Shown in pieces: positions 25,030-35,083 of a stretch of DNA of 64,000 nt; within the stretch, counting starts at the first letter, position 1, and each line of letters opens with the position of its first letter. The position numbers and the translations under genes were made by a program. Where the stretch lies: positions 1,851 through 65,850 of the forward strand of contig CAVSYH010000023.1 in assembly GCA_963732065.1 (NCBI GenBank), written 5' to 3'. This DNA comes from an uncultured Gemmatimonadaceae bacterium (GTDB lineage: Bacteria; Gemmatimonadota; Gemmatimonadetes; Gemmatimonadales; Gemmatimonadaceae). Under the pieces are notes generated by a model, which was not told where the DNA came from, did not search any database, and worked only from the letters and a program-made list of their open reading frames with translations.

Positions 25030-25068
25030 CGTAAAGGAAGAGCGACCAAACGGTAACGGGGGTGTCAC
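25030..25068 (-). promoter_or_regulatory. Four hexamers phased at exactly 11 bp upstream of pstS (candidate Pho box)
   Basis: Minus strand reads GTGACA-ccccc-GTTACC-gtttg-GTCGCT-cttcc-TTTACG, ending 47 nt upstream of the pstS GTG. The plus-strand TGTCAC matches the E. coli Pho-box core but in the opposite orientation. Confidence 0.35.
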
Positions 25069-25080
25069 GGGACCGTCGTT

Positions 25081-25110
25081 GCATCGTGCCATCGGCCATC
25101 GGCCATCGGG
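25081..25110. repeat. Family-B motif block (GCCATCG heptads) upstream of pstS
   Basis: GCATCGTGCCATCGGCCATCGGCCATCGGG. Contains the CATCGTGCC motif shared with 25499-25520 and with 58188-58196 / 58237-58245. Confidence 0.5.
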
Positions 25111-25115
25111 CAGAA

Positions 25116-25373
25116 CTACCGGGGCAGATCGATCCGCGTGGTGCCTTCGCGCGTGTCGCGCCACCGGCGGGTCGTGAACGCCAGCGCGTCGAACGCGCTC
25201 GGCTCCGCGCCGAGCGTGCCGCGCAGGTCGACGCGCAGGTTGCGGACCGGTTCGGGGAGCGATTCGCAGCAGTGCATCGCCGCGATCACGCCATGCGTGG
25301 AAAGGGTGCCCGTCACATAGAGCGTGGCGGCGTCCTGGTGGGCTTCGAGGGTGTACTTCAGTTCGGTACTCAC
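25116..25373 (-). CDS. Hypothetical small protein (85 aa), weakly STAS-like
   Basis: ORF with high GC3 between phoR and pstS on the same strand. The pattern ATLYVTGTLS..VRNLRVDLRG..AFDAL is loosely like anti-sigma-antagonist folds. No firm match. Confidence 0.4.
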   Translation of the reverse strand: MSTELKYTLEAHQDAATLYVTGTLSTHGVIAAMHCCESLPEPVRNLRVDLRGTLGAEPSAFDALAFTTRRWRDTREGTTRIDLPR

Positions 25374-25462
25374 GTGCTGACTCCGGCGCTTGATTGTGTG
25401 CCGGAAGTATCTCCACAGCGTGTCACGTCCTTCTGCGTGGGCATGTCACGGAGGAGTAACTG

Positions 25463-25522
25463 TGCATCGGCATCGGCATCGTTCATCGCACTGCCGATGC
25501 ACGATGCCCGATGCACGATGCA
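25463..25522. repeat. Family-B palindrome immediately downstream of phoR (probable terminator)
   Basis: TGCATCGGCATCGGCATCG..TTCATCGCACTG..CGATGCACGATGCCCGATGCACGATGCA. The arms are made of GCATCG(G) units. Confidence 0.55.
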
Positions 25523-25527
25523 GCAGT

Positions 25528-27233
25528 TCAGGTCAGTGGAAAGAACGCCCTCACCGTCGCCCCCTTCGCGCCCGAACTCGCAGCCGTCACGCGGCCACCG
25601 TGCGCATCCACCAGATGCTTCACGATCGCCAGTCCGAGTCCGGTGCCGCCGCCTTCGCGCGACCGCGCCGCGTCCACGCGATAGAAGCGCTCGAAGATCC
25701 GCGCCAGATGCTCGGGCGGGATGCCGATGCCGGTGTCGCGTACGCCGATCGCAATGCCGGAATCATCAGGCTGCGAGAAGATCGTGATGCGGCCGCCCGC
25801 CGGCGTGTGGCGGATCGCGTTGTCCACGAGATTGCTGAGGATCTGGCGCAGCGCCGTCGCGTCGGCGCGCAGCTCGAACGCGCGGTGATCGATGCTCATG
25901 TCGAGCTTGATGTCGCGCTCGGCGGCCGCGGCGGCGAACGCCGCGATGATCTCGCTGGCGACTGCGCGGAGATCGTTGCGCTCCGGTTTGGGCACCCAGC
26001 CGCCCGACTCGATGCGCGAGAGATCGAGCGAGATCGTCCACGAGGCGCTGCATGCGGCGCGCGTTGCCGAGGATCGCCTCGACGAACCGCTTGCGCTCCG
26101 CGGCCGGCGGATCGTCGGTGGCGAGCGTCTCGGCGAATCCGCCGATCACCGTGATCGGCGTCTTCAGTTCGTGCGACACATTGGCGACGAAATCGCGGCG
26201 CACCGCCTCGAGGCGGCGCGTGTTGGTGAGATCGAAGAACGCGAGCAGGCCGCCGCGATCGCGCAGCGGGCGGGCGGTGAGCATCACCGTGCGTCCGCCG
26301 AGCGAGATCTCGGACGGATCCGACGGGTGGCCGGCGAGCGCGCCGGCGAGCGCGTCGCGCAGCTCGGGATCGCGCGGGAGCAGGTCGGCGGAGAAGGGGA
26401 CGGCGTCGCGTGATGTTGAGCAGCCGCCGCGCCGGCGCGTTGAGGATGATCACCTGCCGCTGCGCGTTCACCGCGGCGACGCCTTCCTGCAGCAGGTCGA
26501 TCATCGCGGCCATGAGGGCGTCATCATCCTGGAGCGCGGCGAGCCGCGCCTCGAGCTGCTCCGCCATGCGGTGCACGGCGTCGGCGAGATCGCCGACTTC
26601 GCCGGGCGCGGAGAGCGCGGGGCGGCGCGAGAGATCGCCGGCGGCGAGCGCTTGCGTCACATCGCGGAGCTCCACGATCGGCCGCGCAACGCCGCGCGCG
26701 AACAGCGCGGCGAGCGCCAGCGCGACGAAGAGCGCAATGATCCCGGTGGCGAACACATCGCGGCGCACTCGCGCGATCGCGGCGTCGAGCTCGCCGGCGT
26801 CGGCTGACACGCGCGCCACCCCTCGCGGCGCCGCGACCGCGACGTACAGCCGCTTATCGCCGATCGAAGGACTGTCGCGGCGCGAGACGCCGACTTGTCC
26901 GTGCATCGCCGCGATGACCTCGGGGCGGTCCGAATGATTCTGGAGCGTGTTGAGCGCGTCGCCCTCGAACTCCGAATCGCCGAGCACGCGGCCGGCGCTG
27001 TCGATGAGCGTCACGCGGTGGCCGAGGGCGAGGCCGGCGACGCGCGCGAGTGCCGGCGCGTCCGACGCCACCTTCCATTCCGCCGCCACGAACCGCACTT
27101 CGCGCAGGAGCTCATCGCGCTGCCACGCCTCGAGCTCGTTCGACATCCGCGCGCCGCCCAGGGCGACGATGAGGACGATGAGCACGCCGATCACGCCGGC
27201 GGTGCCGATCAACAGGCGCTGACCGAGCTTCAT
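25528..27233 (-). CDS. phoR: Phosphate-regulon sensor histidine kinase PhoR-like (frame broken at least 3 times)
   Basis: MKLGQRLLIGTAGVIGVLIVLIVAL (TM), a periplasmic segment, HAMP PIVELRDVTQALAAGDLSRR, H-box FVANVSHELKTPIT and G-box GGTGLGLAIVKHLV. Its ATG overlaps the phoB stop. Confidence 0.85.
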
Positions 27234-27919
27234 GCGCCTTTCAGTCGATAGCCGAAGCCGCGCACCGTCTCGATGAGATCGCCGGCGCCGCCGAGCTTGG
27301 TGCGCAGGCGCTGGACATGCATGTCCACGGTGCGCGTCTGGATGTCGGGCGCGGCGTCCCACACGGTCTGGAGCAACTGCGTGCGCGCTTGGACGCGGCC
27401 GCGCCGCTCTGCGAGCGTGAGGAGCAACTTGTATTCGGTGGCCGTGAGTTCGAGCGGCCGCCCCTCGACACTCACCGTGTGCGCGGCGCGGTCGATCGTG
27501 AGCGGGCCCACCGCGAGCGTATCCGCGCCGCCGGCGCCGATCCGGCGCAGGATCGCGCCGACGCGCAGGATCAACTCGGCGGGGCTGAACGGCTTCGTGA
27601 GATAGTCGTCGGCGCCGAGCGTGAGGCCGCGGATGCGGTCGGGTTCTTCCTTGCGCGCGGTGAGCATGAGCACCGCCACCTCGCGGGTGGCATCGTGCGC
27701 GCGCAGCTTCTCGAGCACGTCGAAGCCCGACATGCCGGGCAGCATGAGGTCGAGCACGACGAGCGCGGGCCGTTCCTCGCGCGCGGCACGCAGCGCGTCG
27801 GGGCCCGTCGCGGCCGTACTCACGCGATAGCCGGCCTTCGCGAGATGGTACGCGACGAGCGCGACGATGTCTGGTTCATCATCCACGACGAGCACGCGCT
27901 CGCCGCTGGCTTGTGTCAT
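27230..27919 (-). CDS. phoB: OmpR/PhoB-family response regulator
   Basis: Intact 229 aa. VLVVDDEPDI, LVVLDLMLPGMSGF, and the winged-helix LTATEYKLLLTLAERRGRV..VDMHVQRLRTKL. Confidence 0.85.
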   Translation of the reverse strand: MTQASGERVLVVDDEPDIVALVAYHLAKAGYRVSTAATGPDALRAAREERPALVVLDLMLPGMSGFDVLEKLRAHDATREVAVLMLTARKEEPDRIRGLTLGADDYLTKPFSPAELILRVGAILRRIGAGGADTLAVGPLTIDRAAHTVSVEGRPLELTATEYKLLLTLAERRGRVQARTQLLQTVWDAAPDIQTRTVDMHVQRLRTKLGGAGDLIETVRGFGYRLKGA

Positions 27920-28542
27920 GCGCGGGCTCCGGCGAGTCGTTCGTGAATGCGCGCGACGAGCAGATCCACCGCACGGTCGTTGTGGCCGCCGTGCGGGATG
28001 ATCACCTCGGCGTACTGCTTCGTGGGCTCGACGAACTCGAGGTGCATCGGCCGCACACTGGTGAGGTACTGCTCGAGGATCTCATCGAGCGGCCGCCCGC
28101 GCGTGCGCATGTCGCGCCGGATGCGGCGCACGAGACGGATGTCGGCGTCGGTGTCGACGAAGGCCGTCACGTCGCAGCGCGCGCGGATGCGCGCGTCGGC
28201 GAGGAGGAGGATGCCATCGACGACCACGACATCGGCGGGCTCGACGCGCACGTGCTGGTCGCTGCGGAGATGCGAGACGAAATCATAGACGGGCTTGTCG
28301 ATCGGCTGCCGCGCCGCGAGCGCCTCGAGGTGCGCGAGCAGGAGGTCGAAATCGAACGCATCCGGATGGTCCCAGTTGACGTGCCGCCGTTGCTCGAGCG
28401 TGAGCTGCGTGAGATTGCGGTAGTACGCGTCCATGTCGAGCGCGATCGCGGACGCACCACGCACCGCTTCGCTGACGCGCCGCGCGACGGTGCTCTTGCC
28501 CGAGCCGGTGCCGCCGGCGATCCCAACGAGCAGTGGCTTCAT
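27916..28542 (-). CDS. udk: Uridine kinase
   Basis: MKPLLVGIAGGTGSGKSTVARRV (P-loop), NWDHPDAFDFDLL, VVVDGILLL and RRIRRDMRTRGR. An alternative upstream start is at 28605. The stop overlaps the phoB ATG. Confidence 0.85.
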   Translation of the reverse strand: MKPLLVGIAGGTGSGKSTVARRVSEAVRGASAIALDMDAYYRNLTQLTLEQRRHVNWDHPDAFDFDLLLAHLEALAARQPIDKPVYDFVSHLRSDQHVRVEPADVVVVDGILLLADARIRARCDVTAFVDTDADIRLVRRIRRDMRTRGRPLDEILEQYLTSVRPMHLEFVEPTKQYAEVIIPHGGHNDRAVDLLVARIHERLAGARA

Positions 28543-28729
28543 CGACCCGTTACTGAGGGGGAAACTTGGCGCGCGGCCAGCGCGGCGTGGGCGGCGGTCG
28601 GTCACGATCTGGTATCAGCGCGTCAGGGAGCACGCCGCAAGCGAAATTCGCGCCTATCGCGCGCCCGGTCAACCGGTCGCGCACGGCCGTCCGCGCGCCC
28701 TCCCTCACTGCGCGGGGCGCCGCTAGCTT

Positions 28730-28975
28730 GTGCAGATGAGAATGGTCCCGGTGTTCGTGAACGGCGGCCGCGTGGAGGTGCCCGAGGCCGCGCCGGCGCT
28801 CGACGCGGTGCGCGCCTGGAATGCCGAGGCCGCGCGTGAAGTGGAGCAGGGGGCGCGCGCCCTCACCGACAGCCGCGGCCTGCCCCTCGATCCCGCGGCC
28901 ACGGTCGTGGCCGGAACGATCGTTCGCGTGGTCACCGCGCGCGAGCGCGACGCCGGCTTCGAGGACGGGGCGTAG
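28730..28975 (+). CDS. Hypothetical 81-aa protein tightly coupled to add
   Basis: ORF ends 3 nt before the add GTG. No family recognised. Confidence 0.3.
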   Translation: MQMRMVPVFVNGGRVEVPEAAPALDAVRAWNAEAAREVEQGARALTDSRGLPLDPAATVVAGTIVRVVTARERDAGFEDGA

Positions 28976-28978
28976 CGC

Positions 28979-30017
28979 GTGACGAGTCCCATCTCCCGCG
29001 ATTGGCTGCTCGCGCTGCCGAAGGCCGAACTCCACTGCCATTTGGACGGGTCGCTCCGCGCCTCCACGCTGCTGGAGCTCGGCCGCGAGTACGGCCAGCC
29101 AATGCCGGGCGACACGGTGGAGGAACTCGCGGCGCACATGGTGGTGCGCGATGCGCGCGATCTCGAGGACTACCTGAACCGATTCGTGATCACGCTGAGC
29201 GTGATGCAGCGCGCCGATGCGCTGGAGCGGATCGCCTACGAACTCGTGGTGGACGCGGCGCGCGACGGCGTGCGCTACATCGAGGTGCGCTACGCGCCGG
29301 TGCTGTGCGTGCGCGAGGGACTCTCGCTCGGCCAGGCCGTGGAGGCGCCGCTGCGCGGCCTCGCGCGCGCCGAGCGCGAGACCGGCACGATCGGGCGCAT
29401 CATCATATGCGGCCTGCGCCATCTCGATCCGCGCGTCTCGATGGAGTTGGCCGAACTCGCCGTCGCGTTCCGGGACAGCGGGGTGGTAGGCTTCGATCTC
29501 GCCGGCGGCGAGCGCGACCATCCTGCGCGCGGCGCATGCCGCGGCGTTCGCGTACGTGCGGCGTCACGATCTCGCGGTCACGGTGCATGCCGGCGAGGGC
29601 GACGGCGCGGAGTCCGTGCGCCAGGCCGTGCACGAGTGCTTCGCCGACCGCATCGGACACGGCACGCGGCTCGGCGAGGACGAGCGGCTCGCGCGCTACG
29701 TGAACGACCGGCGCATCGCGCTCGAGATGTGCCTCACGAGCAACGTGCAGACGCACGCCGCGGCGAACTACGCGTCGCATCCGCTGCGCGCGTACTTCGA
29801 CCGCGGCATGAACGTGGTGCTCAACACGGACAATCGCATGATGAGCGGCGTGACGCTCACCGACGAGTACGCGCACGCCGCCACGTCGCTCGCCTTCACG
29901 AAGCGCGAACTCGCGACGATCGCGATCAACGGATTCGAGAGCGCCTTCCTTCCGTGGCAGGAACGCGAAGCGCTGGTCGCGCGCGCCCGGCGCGACATCG
30001 CGGCGCTCGGTACGTGA
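28979..30017 (+). CDS. add: Adenosine deaminase (one frame switch near 29520)
   Basis: LPKAELHCHLDGSLR, YIEVRYAP, VVGFDLAGGE, VHAGE and the C-terminal piece LNTDNRMMSG in ORF 29556..30017. Confidence 0.85.
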
Positions 30018-30846
30018 GCGGCGCTCCAGACTCCGGACGCCGCGCGCGCGGCGCGCGCGATCGCCCAGCGCATCGGCGGCGCCGCACCACGCATCGCGCT
30101 CATCCTCGGATCGGGACTCGGCGGGCTTGGCGAGCGAGCTGGAAGATCGGACCGAGATCGCGTTCCGCGATGTGCCCGGATTCCCCGGCGCATCGGTGAG
30201 CGGGCACGCGGGCGTCGTCGCCGCGGGAAAGCTCGAGGGCGTGCCGGTGATCGCCTTCGCCGGGCCGCTTCCATATGTACGAGGGCCACAGCGCGGACAC
30301 CGCGGCGCTCCCGGTGCGCGTGGCGCACGCGCTCGGCGCGCGAACGCTCTTCGTGTCGAACGCCGCCGGCGGCGTGAACGCGGCGTACGGTCCGGGCGAT
30401 CTGATGCTCATCCGCGACCACATCAACATGATGTTCCGCAATCCGCTCATCGGCGCGGTGCGCGCCGGCGAGACGCGCTTCCCCGACATGTCCGATCCGT
30501 ACGACGCCGCGCTGCTCGCCGCCCTGCGCGATGCCGCGCGCGCGCTCGGCGTCGCCGTGCGCGAGGGCGTGTACATCGGGCTGCTCGGCCCGAGCTACGA
30601 GACGCTCGCCGAGGTGAAGATGCTGCGCGTTCTTGGCGCCGACGCGGTGGGGATGTCCACCGTGCCCGAAGTGATCGCCGCGCGCGCGCTGGGCATGCGC
30701 GTGGCGGGAGTGAGTTGCATCACGAACGCCGCCGCCGGATTGAGCGACGCGCCACTCGATCACGCGGAGGTGCTGGCGGTCACGGCGCGGGGCGCCGAGC
30801 GGTTCAAGTCGCTCGTGCGCGAGTTCGTGCGGCGCGCGGGCGCGCT

Positions 30847-30850
<4 letters not shown>
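30014..30850 (+). CDS. punA: Purine nucleoside phosphorylase (PNP/MTAP trimeric family; frame broken at least 3 times)
   Basis: [66 protein letters not shown] and [11 protein letters not shown] overlaps the add stop. Confidence 0.8.
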
Positions 30851-31632
<782 letters not shown>

Positions 31633-31737
31633 GATGAATGATGCGCCGCGGCGCGCGCGGCTACAACGGCGTGACGGGCGCGAGCGGCGCCGCGTCCACC
31701 AAGGCAGGCAAACGCTCCCTCTCGAAGGCAACGAAGC

Positions 31738-32616
31738 ATGGAACCGCTCGCCACCAACGTGCTGTACATCGGGGCCGACACGGCCACGGCCGCGCTGCGC
31801 GCCGCGCTCGAGCGGGCGTCGCCGAACGGCGGCTCCCGATTCAAGCTCACGCACGCGGCGCTGGACGGCGCCGATGCGCTCGAGCGCCTCGGCGCGGGCG
31901 GCGTGGACGTGGTGATCGTGGATGCCGCCGTGTCGCCGGAGGGCGCGATGGACGCGCTCGTGCGCTCGCGCATCGAGGCGCCCGACGTGCCGGTGGTGGT
32001 ACTCGGCGCCGCCGCCGACGCCGAGAACGCCGGCGCCATGGCCGTGCAGGCCGGCGCGCAGGACTGGGTGGCGCGCGATCCGCTCGACGGCGCGCTGCTG
32101 TCGCGCGTGCTGCGCTACGCGATCGAGCGCGAGCGCCTGCAGTCGACGCTCCGGCAACTCGCGCTCACCGATCCGCTCACCGGACTCTACAACCGCCGCG
32201 GCTTCCTCACGCTCGCCGATCACCACCTGCGGCTCGCGCCGCGCACGCGCGGAGTGCTGCTCGCATCGGCCGATGTGCCGGCGCTCAAGCAGATCAACGA
32301 GGAGCATGGCCGCGATGAAGGCGACCGGTCGCTGCTCGGCGCGGCCGAGGTGCTGCGCGACACGTTCCGCGCATCGGATGTCGTGGCGCGGCTGGGTGCG
32401 GATGATTTCGCCGTGCTCGTGCTCGACGCCGCGGAGGAGACCGAGGATGTGATCGGGCCGCGGCTGCGCGCGCACATGAAGCGCCACCGGGAGAAACACC
32501 CCGAGATGCGCGCGCCGCTCACGCTCTCGCTGGGACTGGTGCGCTACGACAGCACGACGCCGCCGGTGGCCGCGGAATTGCTTGCGCGCGCCGTCGCAGC
32601 GCGCGCACCGGCCTGA
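31738..32616 (+). CDS. Response-regulator receiver + GGDEF-domain protein with a degenerate active-site motif (GADDF)
   Basis: Intact 292 aa. A REC-like N-terminus ([10 protein letters not shown]...VVVLGA), the linker [31 protein letters not shown], then [11 protein letters not shown] in place of GGDEF. Confidence 0.75.
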   Translation: MEPLATNVLYIGADTATAALRAALERASPNGGSRFKLTHAALDGADALERLGAGGVDVVIVDAAVSPEGAMDALVRSRIEAPDVPVVVLGAAADAENAGAMAVQAGAQDWVARDPLDGALLSRVLRYAIERERLQSTLRQLALTDPLTGLYNRRGFLTLADHHLRLAPRTRGVLLASADVPALKQINEEHGRDEGDRSLLGAAEVLRDTFRASDVVARLGADDFAVLVLDAAEETEDVIGPRLRAHMKRHREKHPEMRAPLTLSLGLVRYDSTTPPVAAELLARAVAARAPA

Positions 32617-32627
32617 CGCTGACGACG

Positions 32628-33463
32628 CTAGTTCGCGGGCTGCGGCGGGTAGGGCGGCAGCGCGTCGAAGCGCTTCTTGAACTTCCGGAAATTCGGCGTG
32701 TCGCGCGTGAGGGACTCGAGTTGCTTCGGGTCCATCTTGTCGATCGCGTCGAGCGTGAAGCCGATCCGGTCCTCCTCCATCGGATGGCTCAGGAACCACG
32801 CCTCGAGCTTCTCCGGGTCGCGCTGCCGGGCTTCGAGCAGCTTCTCGAACATCGACGTCATGCCGCGCGGATCGATGCCGGCCCGCACCACATAGATCAT
32901 CCCCACCGAGTCCGCTTCGTGTTCGGCCTCGCGGCTGAAGCTCGCGAACAGCGCGCCTTCGCCCGCGTTGATCCCCACGCCGGCGGCCTGGCTGCACGCG
33001 CGCGTGAGAATACACGCGAGTCCGGTGCCGATCTCCGCGATCTCGCCCTTCTGCTGCAGTTTCACGGAGTGCCGCTGCGTGACGTGGCCGATCTCGTGGC
33101 CGATCACGCCGGCGAGCTCATCCAGGCTGTCCACGCGCTCGATCAGCCCGCGATTCACGAACACGAATCCGCCGGGGAGCGCGAACGCGTTGATCTCCGG
33201 GCTGTCCACGATGTAGAAATGCCACTCGAGGTCGCGCGTGTCGGCGACGCGCGGCGAGCGAATCGCCGAGCACCGTGACGTAGCGGTTGATGTCGGGATC
33301 GGTGACCATCGGCAGCGAGTGCGTCGCCTGCGCCGCGGCCTGCTCGCCCATCTGTACCTCGCCCTTCGTGGACGTGGCGCACGGCGGCCGCCGCGACGGC
33401 CGCCGCCGGGAGTAGGCGGCGCGCACCGCGCGTGATACTGTTCAGCAACGTGACTCTGCCCAT
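32628..33463 (-). CDS. M48-family zinc metalloprotease (frame-broken in the N-terminal third)
   Basis: [27 protein letters not shown] (HExxH), EHEADSVG and C-terminal TPR-like/proline tail. Confidence 0.75.
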
Positions 33464-33466
33464 ACC

Positions 33467-34231
33467 GTGAAATTACTGACCCTCGCGCGCGATCTGCAAC
33501 GCCGCCGCGCCCGTGAACGCGAGGAACTTTTCCTCTGCGAAGGGGTGCGCGCGGTGGAGGAATTGCTGCGCTCGCCGCTCGTGGTGAAGGGGGCGTTGGT
33601 GGCGCCATCGCTCGCCGGCGCGCCGCGCGGCGCGGCGTTGCGCGAGCGGCTCGAGGCGGGCGCCGTGCCCGTGCTCGCGGTGACCGACCGCGAATTCGAG
33701 AGCGCGGCGGGCACGGAATCGCCGCAAGGCGTGCTCGCGGTGGCGGAAGTGCCGCAGCGGACGCTGGAAACTGTGGGCGCGGCGCTTCCCGCGCGCGCAC
33801 GGCTGCTCGTGCTCGACGGCATCCAGGATCCCGGCAACGTCGGCGCGCTGCTGCGCACCGCCGCCGCGCTCGGGGCGAACGCCGTGCTCGCAATGCCGGG
33901 CACCGTTGACCTGTGGAACGGGAAGGTCGTCCGTAGCGCGATGGGTGCCCTCTTCCACCGGCCCGCGCTCGCTTGCGATTGGGATGCGCTCGACGCGTTC
34001 CTCGCGGCGCGCGCCATCCCGCTGTGGGGCGCCGACGCGGGTGGCGATGCGCTCGCGGGCGTACGCGCGCCGGCGTCGCTCGCGATCGCGGTGGGCAACG
34101 AAGGCGCGGGACTCAGCGCGGCGGCGCGGTCGCGCGCCGCGCGAACGGTGGCGATCCCGATCGCCGCCGACATCGAATCGCTCAACGTCGCGGTCGCGGC
34201 GGGGATCCTCCTACACCAACTCCGCGCGTGA
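33467..34231 (+). CDS. TrmH/SpoU-family RNA 2'-O-methyltransferase
   Basis: Intact 254 aa. LVLDGIQDPGNVGALLRTA, IAVGNEGAGLS and IPIAADIESLNVAVAAGILL. Confidence 0.8.
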   Translation: MKLLTLARDLQRRRAREREELFLCEGVRAVEELLRSPLVVKGALVAPSLAGAPRGAALRERLEAGAVPVLAVTDREFESAAGTESPQGVLAVAEVPQRTLETVGAALPARARLLVLDGIQDPGNVGALLRTAAALGANAVLAMPGTVDLWNGKVVRSAMGALFHRPALACDWDALDAFLAARAIPLWGADAGGDALAGVRAPASLAIAVGNEGAGLSAAARSRAARTVAIPIAADIESLNVAVAAGILLHQLRA

Positions 34232-35083
34232 ACCCAGACCTCGCCGTGCTCCCCGAATGGTTCATCGTCGCCGCGGCCGCGTTCTTCGGCGGCTGCTTCG
34301 GCTCGTTCCTGAACGTGTGCGTCGGGCCGGTGGCCCAAGGAGCTGTCGGTGATCCGGCCGCCCTCGCGCTGCCCGCGATGCGGGAGCGAGATCGCCTGGT
34401 ACGACAACGTGCCGGTGCTCAGCTGGCTGGTGCTGCGCGGGAAGTGCCGCACGTGCGCGCTGCCGATCTCGCCGGTGTATCCGCTGGTGGAGCTGGTGGT
34501 GGCGCTCATCTGGGTCGCGTCGGCGCTGCATTTCGGTCCGACGATCACCGCGCTGCGCTTCGCGATGTTCTCGCACGGTGCTGCTCGGCGTGATGCTCAC
34601 CGACGCGGCGGCGTACGTGATCCCCGACGGCTTCACCGTGTTCGGCCTGGTGTGGGCGATCGCGATTGTCGATGTTCGCGTACGTGCGCGAATGACGTGT
34701 CGCTGTTCGCGACGCCGGGCGACGCGGTGTTCGGCGCCTGCGTCGGCGCCGGCGCGATCGCCATCATCGGCTGGCTCGGCGAAGATGGTGCTCAAGAAGG
34801 AAGCGATGGGCTTCGGCGACATGACGCTCATGGCGATGGTGGGCGCGCACATCGGACCGGGCCGCTCGCTGCTCACGATCTTCCTCGGCGCGGCGGTGGG
34901 CGCGGTGGTCGTTCCTGCTGGTCGTGCTGCCCGTCGGCTGGACTGCGCAGCAAGCGGCCGGGCACGCCGTACGAACCGCCGCTCGTGCCGTTCGGGATCT
35001 TCCTCGCGCCGGGCGCCGTGATCGCGCTGCTCTGGGGCGCCGACCTCGTTCGATGGTACCGATCAGGAGTGATGGGACTATGA
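34228..35083 (+). CDS. pilD: Prepilin peptidase (A24 family; frame broken at least 4 times)
   Basis: FGSFLNVC, zinc motif [40 protein letters not shown] and C-terminal [21 protein letters not shown] overlaps the TrmH-family stop. Confidence 0.8.

Noticed and set aside
31633-31737. TPP riboswitch upstream of thiD
   Set aside because: The spacer is only about 105 nt, is shared with a divergent gene, and lacks the conserved CUGAGA / ACCUGAUCUGGAUAAUGCCAGCG-type core.
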